Positions 1 to 11,740 of a stretch of 64,000 nucleotides of DNA are shown here, piece after piece. Both the position numbers and the translations under genes were made by a program. Position 1 is the stretch's first letter. Every line of letters begins with the position of its first letter. The stretch is from Mobula birostris. Its lineage: Eukaryota. Under the pieces are notes generated by a model. That model saw nothing but the letters and a program-made list of their open reading frames with translations. It ran no database searches and was not told the origin of the DNA. The DNA is taken from contig NC_092397.1 in the NCBI RefSeq assembly GCF_030028105.1, forward strand, positions 28,301,097 through 28,365,096. The letters are read 5' to 3'.

Positions 1-284
1 GACTGTGCCATGTTGATGTGAAAACAAACTTGTGAAACTTTTAAACAGCGAGCACGAAAAGAATTAGTTTATTCAGATTTTCTTTTTATGTGTAGTGTAT
101 TCATAGTCGTAAAGTAGAATTTAAAATACTCCCCAGAAGTGTTTACAGTATTCATGTAAAATATTAAACTTTATTTCTATTTTGATGCAGAGTTTATAAA
201 CATTTATTTTAATAATTATAATAAACATATACATATGTACATAATTTTTTCTATTTTGTATTATTTTATTTAGCGATACTGTAT

Positions 285-550
285 AGTACGGATTGGGCCC
301 TTCCGGCCCAACAAGTTACACCACCCAGCAACTCACCTATTCAACAGTAGCCTAATCACAGGACACTTTACAATAACCGATGGACCAGTACGTCTTTGGG
401 ATGTGGGAGGAAACCGGAGCACCTGGAGGAAACCCACGTGGTCCCGGAGAGAATGTACAAACTCCTTGCAGAAGGCGCTGGAATTGAACTCCCAACTCTG
501 GAACACCCTGAACTGTGATAGCATTGTGCTAACTGCTACACCACCATGGT
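285..550 (-). mobile_element. tRNA-derived V-SINE (HE1-like)
   Basis: Minus strand has an A-box-like TGGTGTAGCAGT, a B-box-like GTTCAATTCC and the V-domain-like GGGTTTCCTCCAGGTGCTCCGGTTTCCTCCCAC, then a CR1-like tail. Confidence 0.8.
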
Positions 551-639
551 GCCTGCCCTTCAACCCCTGTAACTTCAAATTTTAAAATAAATAAAATACT
601 ACCCATTGTCGGTTTCTATATGGTGAAATTTAATCTACA

Positions 640-1130
640 AAGTTCGCAAATAAGGTTGAAAGAGTACAGAAAAAAATTTACAAAGATGTTGCCAGAACTG
701 AAAGACCTGAGTTATAAGGAAAGATTGAACAGGTGAGGACTTCATTCCTTAGAACATAGAAGACTGAGAGGAGATTTGATAGAGGTTTACAAAATTATGA
801 GGGGTATAGATAGGATAAATGTAAGCAGGCTTTTTCCACAGAGGTTGGATGGGACTACAACTAGAGGTCATGGTTTAAGGGTGAAAGGTGAAAAGTTTAA
901 GGGGAACATAAGCGGAAACGTCTTCACTCAGAGGGTTGTGAGTGTGTGGAATGAGCTGCCTGTGCAGGTGGTGCATGTGAGCTCGATTTCAACATTTAAG
1001 AGAAGTTTGGATAGGTACATGGGTGGTAGGGGTATGCAGGGCTATGGTCCCAGTGTAGGTTGATGGGAGTAGGGAGTTCAAACAGTTTGACATGGATTAG
1101 ATGGGCCAAAGGGCCTTTTCTGTGCCACTA
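640..1130 (+). mobile_element. CR1 LINE 3' fragment
   Basis: ORF 776..1063 (IEVYKIMRGIDR...TRGHGLRVKG...FTQRVVSVWNELP) matches the CR1 ORF2 C-terminus. Confidence 0.85.
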
Positions 1131-1379
1131 AGACCCCTTCAATTTAAAGATTTTATTGAAATAGGCATGGATGAAATGCTTGCCTCCCATGGGTCTGCAA
1201 AATTCCCATTTACAGCATCTGGCTTACTCATTTGTCTGGAGTTTGAGATATCGTCTCAAATATAAGCAGGGTGTACAGACGGAACTGGGGAGTAGGCTAA
1301 GTATTCGGCGGAGCTGTGGTCCAGGTCAAGAACGCCAATGGTCAGGAACATGGGTAGATTACAGCTGGAGCTAAGGTCC

Positions 1380-2770
1380 AAAGTGCACCAACTGCGACTC
1401 CAGCCTTCAACTCCAGGCCGGGTCTTTATGTGCTGCTACTGTGACTCCCGTCTCCCTTTCCCCCACCGCCACTCTGCAACCCCCGTCACCCTCAGATCCC
1501 ACCGTCAGCTCCTGGGCCCTCGGAGGCTCCATCTTCCTCTCACCCCAACCCTCCCCTCTCCACTGACACCCCTAGCCTCCCCCTCCCCACTCTGATCCCA
1601 GCTCTCATCCGTGCCGGGTCTTTACCATCCCCTCTGACCTTCAACTGTCTGAGGTAGAATGCTCTATCCTCAGTAAGGGCCTCACCTTTGTCCCCCTTCG
1701 CCCACACATCAGCGAGTTGCGCGTTCGCCATGATGCGGAACTCTTCTTCCGCCATCTCCGTCTCCAAGCCTACTTCTTCAGCAAGGACCCTTCCACCCTC
1801 ACTGATGACCCCTTCTCCCATCTTCAACCCACCTCCTCTTCATGGACACCCCGCACTGGTCTTCAGACTGCTCTGGATCTCTTTATTGCTAACTGCTGAC
1901 GGGACATCAACTGTCTCGACTTCACCGCACCTTGTTCCCATTCGAACCTTACTCCTTCCGAACGCTCTGCTCTCCACTCCCTCCAAACTAATCCTAACCT
2001 TACTATCAAACTCACTGATAAGGGGGGTGCTGTTGTAGTCTGGCGTACTGACCTCTACCCCGCAGAGGCACAGCGATAACTTGCGGATACCTCCTCTTAT
2101 TTACCCCTCAATCGTGACTCCACTAAGGAGCACCAGGCCATTGTCTCCCACACCATCACCGACTTTATCCGCTCAGGAGATCTCCCATCCACTGCTACCA
2201 ACCTTATAGTTCCCACACCTCGCACTTCCCATTTTTACCTCCTACCCAAGATCCACAGACCTGCCTGTCCTCGCAGACCTATTGTCTCAGCTTGCTCCTG
2301 CCCCACTGAACTTGTTTCTGCATACCTCGACACGGTTTTATCCCCCCTTGTTCAATCCCTTCCTACCTATGTTTGTGACGCTTCTCATGCTCTGATACTT
2401 TTCGATGATTTTAAGTTCCCTGGCCCCCACCGCTTTATTTTCACCATGGATGTCCAGTCCCTATATACTTCTATTCCCCATCAGGAAGGTCTCAAAGCTC
2501 TCCATTTCTTTTTGGATTCCAGACCTCAGCAGTTCCCCTCTACCACCACTCTGCTCCGTCTAGCAGAATTAGTCCTTACTCTTAATAATTTCTCCTTTGG
2601 CTCCTGGCACTTCCTCCAGACTGTACCTCTTCCTACAGATGCTGCCTGGCCTGCTGCGTTCACCAGCAACTTTGATGTGTGTTGCTTGAATTTCCAGCAT
2701 CTGCAGAATTCCTCGTGTTTGCGTCTCTAGGAAGAGGTGCAGTTGACATTTCAGGCCAAGACCCTAACAG
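1380..2770 (+). mobile_element. Penelope-like element, degenerate RT region plus terminal-repeat fragment
   Basis: Broken frames read LSKGLTFVP, DKGGAVVVW, FYLLPKIH, RPIVSAC, MDVQSLYTSIPH and LAELVLTLNNFSF, all PLE RT motifs. A terminal repeat follows at 2619-2725 with a short inverted copy to ~2770. Left edge approximate. Confidence 0.85.
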
Positions 2771-3234
2771 AAGTATTTCTTTTAAAAACAGCGAGTTTGA
2801 AAATTTATGTTTTCTGCTGAGATCGCATCTGGAATATCATGCACGTGTCTGGTCTTCCTAACTGAGCAAAGATATGCTTGTGTATTGCAGCTGAGTTCAA
2901 CGGGTTGTTTATTAGTGGAGCTTTGAAACGGGCACAAGGGAATGATGTTTCTCATGTTGGACTATATACACACAGTGGCCTCTTTATTAGGTACACCTAC
3001 TCATTGATGCAAATATCCTCAGCAGTCAATCAAGTGGCAGCAACTCAATACATAATTATTACACATTATTATTGCAAATTATTGCACATTGGTAAATTAT
3101 TGTGCATGTTATTATTCTGTACTTTATTATTAGTTAAGTCTGCACACTGCTAAATGTGTCTTTAAATGTTGCTGCTGTAATGAAAGAATTTCCTACTAGG
3201 GATCAATGAAGTACTTATTATTATTATTACAATG

Positions 3235-3543
3235 AAAGCTCAACATCAGGCTCTTGAATAAAAGAGGATAACTACACTCACTTGCCCCATCATTGAAATG
3301 TTCCCACAACCAATGACCTCACCTTAAGGACTCTTTATCTCATGCTCTTGTTATTTATTGCTATTTATTTATATCTGTATTTGCAGAGTTTGTTGTCTTC
3401 TGCACTCTAGTTGACCTTTCATTGATCCTGTTATAGTTACCATTCTATAGATTTGCTGAGTATGCCCAATGGAAAGTGAATCTCATGGTTGTATATGGTG
3501 ATATGCATGTAGTTTGATAATAAAATTTACTTTGAACTTTGAA
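3235..3543 (+). mobile_element. Rex1/Babar-type LINE 3' UTR fragment
   Basis: Same 3' UTR as the element ending at ~10116; ends AATAAAATTTACTTTGAACTTTGAA. Confidence 0.6.
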
Positions 3544-4634
3544 GGGAATCAAGGGATGCAAGACTTGTGAATAGATTAGAAAGAGATCAACAAATTCTGA
3601 ATTACAGAGAAGGCCCACAGGGCTGAATGGCCTAACTCTTGCTTCTATTTATGTACATAATAAACCCAAAATTTATACAGAGCTTGAGTTGAGACTGTGT
3701 TGCTGCCTGCCACTCAGAGGCATCGGAGTTGGTACGTGAAAGATTGTCATGGTTATTTCACTCGCGATTTTGGTTATTTCACTCGCAATCGCAAGACTCT
3801 TTTGCAGAGTGATAGTGTAAGTTGCCGCAGGCCTGTTACACTTGTATGGTGGTGCGATAGTAGAAGCCACGTAACCCCGATTGTAGCGGGGACGAGTCCT
3901 CAAGCCGCGGGCTTGCCTGCAGCTGCAGGCCAGGTGAGGGACGCTGGAGGCGGTGCAACGTGGCATCCGCGCTCAGCAGGGGGCTGGCGCCTCCCGTTGG
4001 TGCTGCCCTCTCCTGTTCGAGTGGTGGAACAACAGTCTGGACTGCACGTGTCTGCACACTGCCAGGAGATTTTACCATTGATTGCAGGACAGGTCACTGA
4101 GGGTCTTGGACTACATATATGTTCTTATTCCACGTGAAGAGGCTTCTCTACTCGCTTTTTTGAATGCACTATGTTGTTCGTTCTGCACCGTGTCCCCCGA
4201 GGGACGCTGCCTCATTCGCCCTATCTATTATGGCTGAATGATAATTAAACTTGATTTGATTTGTATCTCACTCTGCTGACAGGATAAAGCAAACAGGGAG
4301 AAAGAAAGTGACACAACTTACATGACACAAAGTAAGGCTTTCATTGTACAGATCCAGTCAATTTCTCATTCTTACAGATATGGTAAAAAGTTTATATTTC
4401 AGACTGGATGGAATAAAGCTGAAAATAAACTATCCTTCCTGTTCTTTCTGAAACTATCTGATTTCTAAATCTATCTAGATTATTTACAAATTAACAAAAT
4501 GACATCACATGATTAGAATCTCTTTGCTTGATATAAATGATGTGGTAGCAGCTTTGAGGGCCACTTGATAGTCCTGAAATCGAACCTTAGTGCAGACTGG
4601 CACCTTCAGCTTCCCTGCTTGAATGAAGCTGCAC

Positions 4635-4765
4635 AAATGGGAGATCATTTCCCGCAGCAAACCTGGCAAAATGGGAGATCATTTCCTGCAGCAAACCTGG
4701 CAAAATGGGAGATCATTTCCTGCAGCAAATCTGGCAAAGTGGGAGATCATTTCCTGGAGCAAACC
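4635..4765. repeat. 34-bp minisatellite, ~3.9 units
   Basis: Unit AAATGGGAGATCATTTCCTGCAGCAAACCTGGCA starts at 4635, 4669, 4703 and 4737. Confidence 0.95.
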
Positions 4766-4944
4766 ACAGACATCCCACCCTGCAAAAACTCATTTCAGGG
4801 AGGTAGCACCACCATTTCAGGGAGGTAGCTCCCCCGCCCCCTGCAACACCATATTCCCCCCTCCCGCCCGTTGACCTCCAAGTGTGTATGTAATACTTTG
4901 TTTAGTGATTTTGTCTAATCTGTAAACCAGGTTGTGTATACTAG

Positions 4945-5813
4945 TGCACAGAGTCTTTTCATCTTCAGCAGTTTTCTGATGACTCTGCCATAGTTGGATG
5001 CATCAGCAAGGGAGATGAGGCTGAGTACAGGGCTACGGTAGGAAACTTTGTCACATGGTGTGAGCAGAATGATCTGCAGCTTAATGTGAAAAAGACTAAG
5101 GAGCTGGTGGTAGACCTGAGGAGGGCTAATGGACCGGTGACCCCTGTTTCCATCCAAGGGGTCAGGGCGGACATGGTGGAGGATTACAAATACCTGGGGA
5201 TACGAATTGACAATAAACTGGACTGGTCAAAGAACACTGAGGCTGTCTACAAGAAGGGTCAGAGCCATCTCTATTTCCTGAGGAGACTGAGGTCCTTTAA
5301 CATCTGCCGGATGATGCTGAGGATGTTCTACGAGTCTGTGGTGGCCAGTGCTATCATGTTTGCTGTTGTGTGCTGGAGCAACAGGCTGAGGGTAGCAGAC
5401 ACCAACAGAATCAACAAACTCATTCGTAAGGCCAGTGATGTTGTGGGGATGGAACTGGACTCTCTGACTGTGGTGTCTGAAAAGAAGATGCTGCCCAAGT
5501 TGCATGCTATCTTGGACAACGTCTCCCATCCACTACATAATGTACTGGTTGGGCACAGGAGTACATTCAGCCAGAGACTCATTCCACTGAGATGCAACAC
5601 AGAGCGTCATAGGATGTCATTCCTGCCTGTGGCCATCAAATTTTAGAACTCCTCCCTTGGAGGGTCAGACACCCTGAGCCAATAGGCTGGTCCTGGACTT
5701 ATTTCCTGGCATAATTTACATATTACTATTTAACTATTTATTATTTATGGTGCAACTGTAACGAAAACCAATTTCTCCCAGGATCAATAAAGTATGACTA
5801 TGACTATGACTAT
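4945..5813 (+). mobile_element. Rex1/Babar-clade LINE, 5'-truncated
   Basis: HLQQFSDDS followed by ORF 5086..5646 (KTKELVVDLRR, YKYLG, LYFLRRLRSF, SHPLH). AATAAA at 5786 and a (TATGAC)n tail at 5793-5813. Confidence 0.85.
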
Positions 5814-6144
5814 ATGCAGCAAATGTGACATTAAAATATGTGTTATATTATATTTTATTATCATGTTTATTCTATCACAACTTTAAGCAAGTCTGCAGGG
5901 AGGTTGGCCTCATCACGTAGGACATCAATAGCGTTGTTCCTTAGCAGCTAACCAGCTAGTTTAAATAACGTTAGCTATGCTGTAATGACACCTGTTAAAC
6001 TCACCTCAACATGTCTTTTACATTTTAACCCACCATGGGCAGTAGAAAGGTCACTGTTGCAAAAGGTGCAGCGAGCAACACTGTCATTATTTTTGAGGTC
6101 GACTGTAAAGCCCGCCCACAGAGAAAACTGATAGGTCTACTTAG

Positions 6145-6838
6145 CAGCGGTCCCCAACATTTTTTGCACCGCAGACCGGTTCAATATTGACAATATTCTT
6201 GCGGACCGGCCGACCCGGGGGCGGGGAGCAGGGGGCGGTGTTAATCACGACCGGAATATAGGTGATAAGTCAATAGCATCATAACATTTTAAGTAACGTT
6301 TGGATATTAAACACACAGCGCATATTTTCCCCGTGTAAACATATAAATTCATTGCAACACACCAATATCGCTGAATCAGTGTGAGCCCTGGGCTTGTTTT
6401 CCTGCAACAAGACGGTCCCATCGAGGCGTGATGGGAGACAGCGATACTCGAAGGGGGTTCCTTATGTCCAGTCTATTCCGCAATTTAGTTTTCGTTGCAT
6501 TCATTGCAGAAAACTCCGCTTCGCAGCGATATGATGTTGGAAATGGACGCAACGTTTTCAGTGCTTTCGTGTCTATCTCAGGATAGTAAGCCTTGCCTTT
6601 GATCCAGAATGCCGGCAGAGATGTTATGTCAAACATACTTTTCAGCCCGCCGTCACTTACAAGCTCCAGGAGTTGATCTTTTTCCCGCGCTGACATGGAT
6701 GAGGCGTGCGTAATGACCTCGCGTGCGTTCGAGCTCAACAGTGCGTGACAGGGAGTGAGAAAAGGTGCAGCTGACTCATATCGTTTCATATCGCCAAATC
6801 ATATTGTTTCCTCACGGCCCGGTGGTTGGAGACCACTC
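6145..6838 (-). mobile_element. hAT Charlie/Buster deletion derivative keeping the transposase C-terminus
   Basis: TIRs CAGCGGTCCCCAAC and GTTGGAGACCACTC. ORF 6376..6789 (FWIK...YPEI...PFPTSYRCEAEFSAMNATKTKLRNRL...QAQGSH) is the Buster/ZBED5-type dimerisation domain. Confidence 0.85.
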
Positions 6839-7090
6839 TCAGCACGAAGAGAGACCAAACAGGATGCTCGCTCTCCCTCTCAAAAAAATAAATCTATTTC
6901 CGGGATATTGTATATAATTCCCGGGCGTCAGGGAGCCACTATCGATATGCGGGAGACTCCCGGATCTTCCGGGAGAGGTGGGATGTCTGAAACCTGCCTC
7001 AATGACCGGAGAGTGAAGCTGGCTGGAGACAAGGCCCTTGTGGTTTGGCTTTTGGGAGGGTCACCCATGCCAAAGTGGGACCCATAGTAA

Positions 7091-7712
7091 TGTGGAGCAT
7101 AGTAATGGACACTGGATACCCCCCTAATTTTCTTATATTATGTTCATATTATTTTTAGTGCTTTGGTTTTGTTATTTGGTTCATTGACAATTTGATTAAT
7201 GTTCAGTGGGTTGGTTGATGGTTACAAGGGGCAAAGCTTATCCAGGCAGTTGGGGCAGCTGAGGAGTCCCGGGGATGTGATGGAGTGGACGGAGACGGCC
7301 CGGCAGCGTGCGTGGAAAGCCGATGCGCTGTGTTCCGGTGTTTCCAGAAAGGAAAATAAAGACGCTATTTTAAACTTCGGCACGCCTGGAAATCCCTTTT
7401 GTGTGCAACAAATATTTGGTGCCGGAACCCGGGACAATTAACGTCGCTCAGTGTGGCCACAATGAGGACACGGATCGCGTTTGATGGAGAGCGGGAGCGC
7501 GCTTCTTTGGGGGCGCGGCTGCTTCACACATAATGGATCGGGGGGAGTTGGCAGAGACCTTGTCTCAGAGCCTATGGCTTTTGCAACTGGATCAGCTCAA
7601 AGAGGTGTGTGTGGAAGCTAAGATCCCGTGTGAACATGTTACCACAAGGCGAACGTTAATTAGACTAATTACTGAATCTAAGGACAATGTAATTAATAAT
7701 GAAGAGGAGGAT
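7091..7712 (+). mobile_element. Truncated LTR retrotransposon (Gypsy-like): 5' LTR, tRNA-Phe PBS and start of gag
   Basis: TG...CA segment 7091-7410 with AATAAA at 7355. TGGTGCCGGAACCCGGGA (7417-7434) differs by one base from the complement of the tRNA-Phe 3' end. ORF from 7533 (MDRGELAETLSQSLWLLQLDQLKEVC...) is gag-like and cut at ~7712. Confidence 0.75.
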
Positions 7713-7839
7713 ATTCCACTTTGTCTTCTTTTGCACATGATTTGTCTGTCAGTCTTTGCTGTCTGTAGTTTTCATCAATTCCATTGTATTCATTTTCCTG
7801 TAGATATCTGAAAGAAAATGAATCTGAAGTAGTAACCTT

Positions 7840-10116
7840 TTGCATCAGAGGTCCCAACACACTAGGGCACTGCTACACCACGATCAGGAATGCCTGTTGT
7901 TGTTAAGTTGGATCATTTGACTGTACTCCTGCTACCTGCATACAGACAGAGACTAAGGAACAAGGCTCCAGATATCCAGATAACCGAGGGGTGGTGTTGG
8001 GAGGCAGAGGAACGGTTACAGGATTGCCTTGAGTCAGCAGGCTGAGCCATGTTCAAGAACTCATCGAAGGACCTGAAGGACGACACCGGGGTCACTACAG
8101 ACTTCAATAAAACAGCTGTGGAGGCGTGTGTCCCCACAAAATCATTCAAGGTTTTCCCAAATCAGAGGCTCTGGGTAAGCACTGAGATCTGGAACCAGCT
8201 GAGCACCAGATCAGATCCATTCAGGTCTGGAGATCAGGAATACTACAAGAGCTGCAGGTATGATCTGCGGAAAGCCGTCTCTTGGGCAATGTGGAGATTC
8301 TGGAATAGAATGGAATAAAAGAGTGATGCTCAAGAGCTGTGTCAGGGTTTGAATGCCAGAACCTCCTGCAAAGGTAAATCTCGTGACAAAGGGGACAGCA
8401 CAGCTTCGGTTCCAGACGAGCTCAATGCCTTCTATGCTCACTTTGGACAGGCAGAAGAGGAAGGAACCATCGCGCACCCCCGTGTCTCCCGATGGTCATT
8501 TGGTCTCAGTATCTGAAGATGACGTGCAGGCTGCCTTCAAGAGAGTGAATCCAAGGAAAGCATCTGGTCTGGATGGAGTACCTGGCCGAGTACTGAAGAC
8601 CTGTGCTGACCAGCTGGCTCGTGTATTCACGGATATCTTCAACCTCTCGATCTAGCAGTGTGTGGAACCCACCTACTTCAAGGAAGCTTCAATCATATCG
8701 GTGTCCAACAGGAGCGTGGCAACCTGTCTGAATGACTATTGCCCAGTGGCTCTTACATCCACAGCAATGAAGTGTTTTGAGAGGCTGGTGTTGAAGCATA
8801 TCAGCTCTTGTCTGAATGGTGACTTGGATCCTCTCCATTTCACCAACTGAAGCAACAGCAGATGCTGTCTCGTTGTCTCTTCACACAACTCTTGAACATC
8901 TGGACAGCAAAGGTGCAAACATCTGGATGCCCTTTATTGATTACAGATCAGCACTTAACAATGTCATCCCCTCAAAACTGATCAGTAAACTCCCAGTCCT
9001 GGGCCTCAATACCCCCTTGTGCAATTGGATCCTGGATTTCCTCAGTTGCAAAACCCAGTCAGTTTGGATTGACAAGAAACATCTCCTCCACAGCACAGGA
9101 GTCCCACCCAGAGTGTGCTTTGCTCCCCGCATCCTCCCCCCCCCACACTCACTTTACTCCGACAGTATGAATGTGTGGCCAAGTACACTTCCGACACCAT
9201 TTACAAGTTTACTGATGGCACAACTGTTGTGGGCTGTATCAAAGAGGGTGATTAATCGGCATACAGGAGGGACTCTGAAAACTTCGCTGAGTTGTGTAAT
9301 ATCAACAACCTCTCACTCAATGTGGATGAGACCAAGGGACTGATTGTGACTTTAGGAGGGGAAACCCAGAGGTCCATGAGCCAGTAATCAAAGGACGATT
9401 AGAGGCGGAAAGGGTCGGTAACTTTGAATTTCTGTGTGTCACTCTCTGAGGACCTGTCCTGAGCCCATCATATAAATATTATTGTGAAGAAGTCCCGACT
9501 GCACCTCTGCTTCCTCAGGGCACTCAGAGATTCAGCCGGTCATCGAAAACTTTGCCAAACTTCTATAAATGTGTGGCAGAATGTGTGCTGACTGGCTGCA
9601 TTACGGCATGGTATAGGAACACCAATGCCTTTGAGTGGGAAATCCTACAAAAGGTAGCGGATTCGGCCCGGTATATCACGGGTAAAATCCTCACAACCAC
9701 TGAGCACATCTACATGAAACATTGCCGGAGGAAAGCAGCGTCCATCAGCAAAGATCCTCACCACCCAGGCAATGCTCTTTTCTCACTGCTGCCATCAGGT
9801 AGAAGGTACAAGTACCTCAGGACTCGCCCCACCAGCTTCAAGAACAGTTACTACCCCTCAATCATCAGTGTCCTGAACAAAAGGGGATAGATACACTCAT
9901 GTCAGGACTGTTATATCGTTATTTCATGCTTGTTATTTATTGCTATTCATTTTTCTGCATTTACACAATTTGTTTACAGTTTATAGTTCCTCATATTTAC
10001 AGTTCACGGTTACTGTTCTATAGATTTGCTAAGCATGCCCGCTGAACAAGAATCTCTGGCTATCTGTGGTGACACGTATGTACTGTGAGAATAAATTTTA
10101 ATTTGATCTTTGAACT
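7840..10116 (+). mobile_element. Rex1/Babar-clade LINE, degenerate ORF2
   Basis: Frameshifted pieces: KASGLDGVPGRVLKTCADQL, CLNDYCPVALTS, FIDYRSALN, LCNWILDFL, DPHHPGNALFSLLPSGRRY. Tail AATAAATTTTAATTTGATCTTTGAAC. Confidence 0.85.
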
Positions 10117-10349
10117 ATATGGTGCCTTATGCGAAGTGTGATAACAACTTACTTTGGATTAATATTTTGGCTTTGACAATATTTTTCCGTGACGTTTTTT
10201 TCCAGTGATCTAGTTCCAACATCCTTCATCCCAAATTATAAAAGATTATCCACACAAAAATATACAAAATACAAACATGACATATTTATAAGATCGAAGA
10301 GCTAAATTATAATATGAATGTTACTGTGTATAACACACTCAATTCCAGG

Positions 10350-10670
10350 GAATGGGGGAGTGGGTCACGTCCCAGGAAATCTCCCACTCTCCCCATTCTG
10401 TTCACAATGGTGAAAAGTTTTTCAGCCGCTCTGCTGATTGACAGCTCCCTCTGCCCCGCCTCCCCGGCTGTCGGGTTACTGTCACGTGACTCCATGCGAT
10501 TGTTGACCCGTGGCGCGCTGACGTCACAAAGCCCTACAGTCACCGTCGACGTTTCCATGGAAACGGTCCAGGGCGGGAAGTCCGAGATGGCGGAGCCGGT
10601 CTCTGCTTGTTGGGGTTTCGGCTCCGCTGTGGGATCCGCCTCTCCTCTTCCTGCCCGCGGAACAGTGAGT
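10350..10670 (+). promoter_or_regulatory. CpG-rich Pol II promoter with candidate first exon
   Basis: GC box 10454, GTCACGTGAC 10481-10490, CRE TGACGTCA 10519-10526, X-box GTTTCCATGGAAAC 10551-10564, GGAAGT 10576, YY1-type AGATGGCGG 10585-10593, donor GTGAGT 10665-10670. Confidence 0.65.
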
Positions 10671-11740
10671 GTCTGTCAGCGCCTCACTGCACCGGCTCTC
10701 TGCCTCAGGTACAATATTTAAAACATATTTGCACAGTCACATGGATGGGAAAGGTTGAGAGGGATTCGGGCCTAATGCAGGCAGATGGGCCGAGTTCAGG
10801 TCGACAACTTGGTCGGCGGGGATGAGTTGTACCGAAGGGACTGTTTCATTTCTGTATAAACCAGTGACTCTATTTTGGGAGTTAATTCCGGATGCCAGTT
10901 ATTCTCTGTGTGAAATATTTACCCCTCAGATCCCCTTTAAATCTGTCTTTAAACAGTTTTGTCCAACTCTAATGAGAGGCAGTTCTTTGGCTGACAAGGC
11001 AAGTAGAACACACAACCCTGTCTACCTGTGATGCCACATACAGGGAACTGTGTAACAATATTAGAGGCACATGCACAGGGGCTTCAGTGAGCAAGGCCCA
11101 GAGGGATATGAAACTAATGCAGGAAAGTGGGATTAGTACAGCTGTGCATGATGGGGAACATAAATGTGATGGGCCGCAGGGTCTGTTTCTATCCTGTACA
11201 ACCCTGACCACAGCAGTCCTCCACTGCAGTGGGGTTTGTCACCTTCATTCTCAGCTCTGAGCTTGTTCCACTGAACCCCTTACCCTCTGAGAAAATATTT
11301 GCACCCTCCCACTGTGACCAAGGTGTCAGACATATCTCCTAATATCACCCAGAATACTTCACCAAATTCCCAGACAAAAGTATTGTTACTGGTGCACAGG
11401 GAATGGCAGCATTTTGGTCACCTTTTGAGGGGGTTGGTTCAGTATGTGGCCATTAGTACCTTTGTCCAACAAAAATCCATCGTACTGGGTTCTGAATGTT
11501 TTAGCTGAGTCCACCCTGAAGTTCTGTGTTTCAGATTCCCCCTGCACTTTCACAGTCAGTGGTTTCTGCGTGTCTATACCGACCATTGAGAATCTGTCCC
11601 CACTAACTCAGCACTTGGTCTGTCTCCTACCCTGCCTTCGTGATTCAAATGCTCATCCAGATGGTCCTTAAATACCAGCCTGCACCACCCCCTCAGGCAG
11701 TGTGTTCCAGATTGCAGTCTCCCTCTGGGGAGAGAGGAAA

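Larger units (their letters stand above)
4767..6989. mobile_element. Non-autonomous DNA transposon (hAT-like) hosting two nested insertions
   Basis: Perfect 13-bp TIRs CAGACATCCCACC (4767-4779) and GGTGGGATGTCTG (6977-6989). Subterminal CGGGAGACTCCCG palindrome. Flanks AAACCA/AAACCT. Confidence 0.7.

Noticed and set aside
6376-6789. Domesticated ZBED5/SCAND3-like gene
   Set aside because: Only the C-terminal fragment is present, it has a non-ATG start, and it lies between transposon TIRs.
7417-7434. tRNA gene
   Set aside because: Only an 18-nt complement of a tRNA 3' end next to an LTR, i.e. a primer-binding site. The tRNA-like head at ~480-550 belongs to a SINE.
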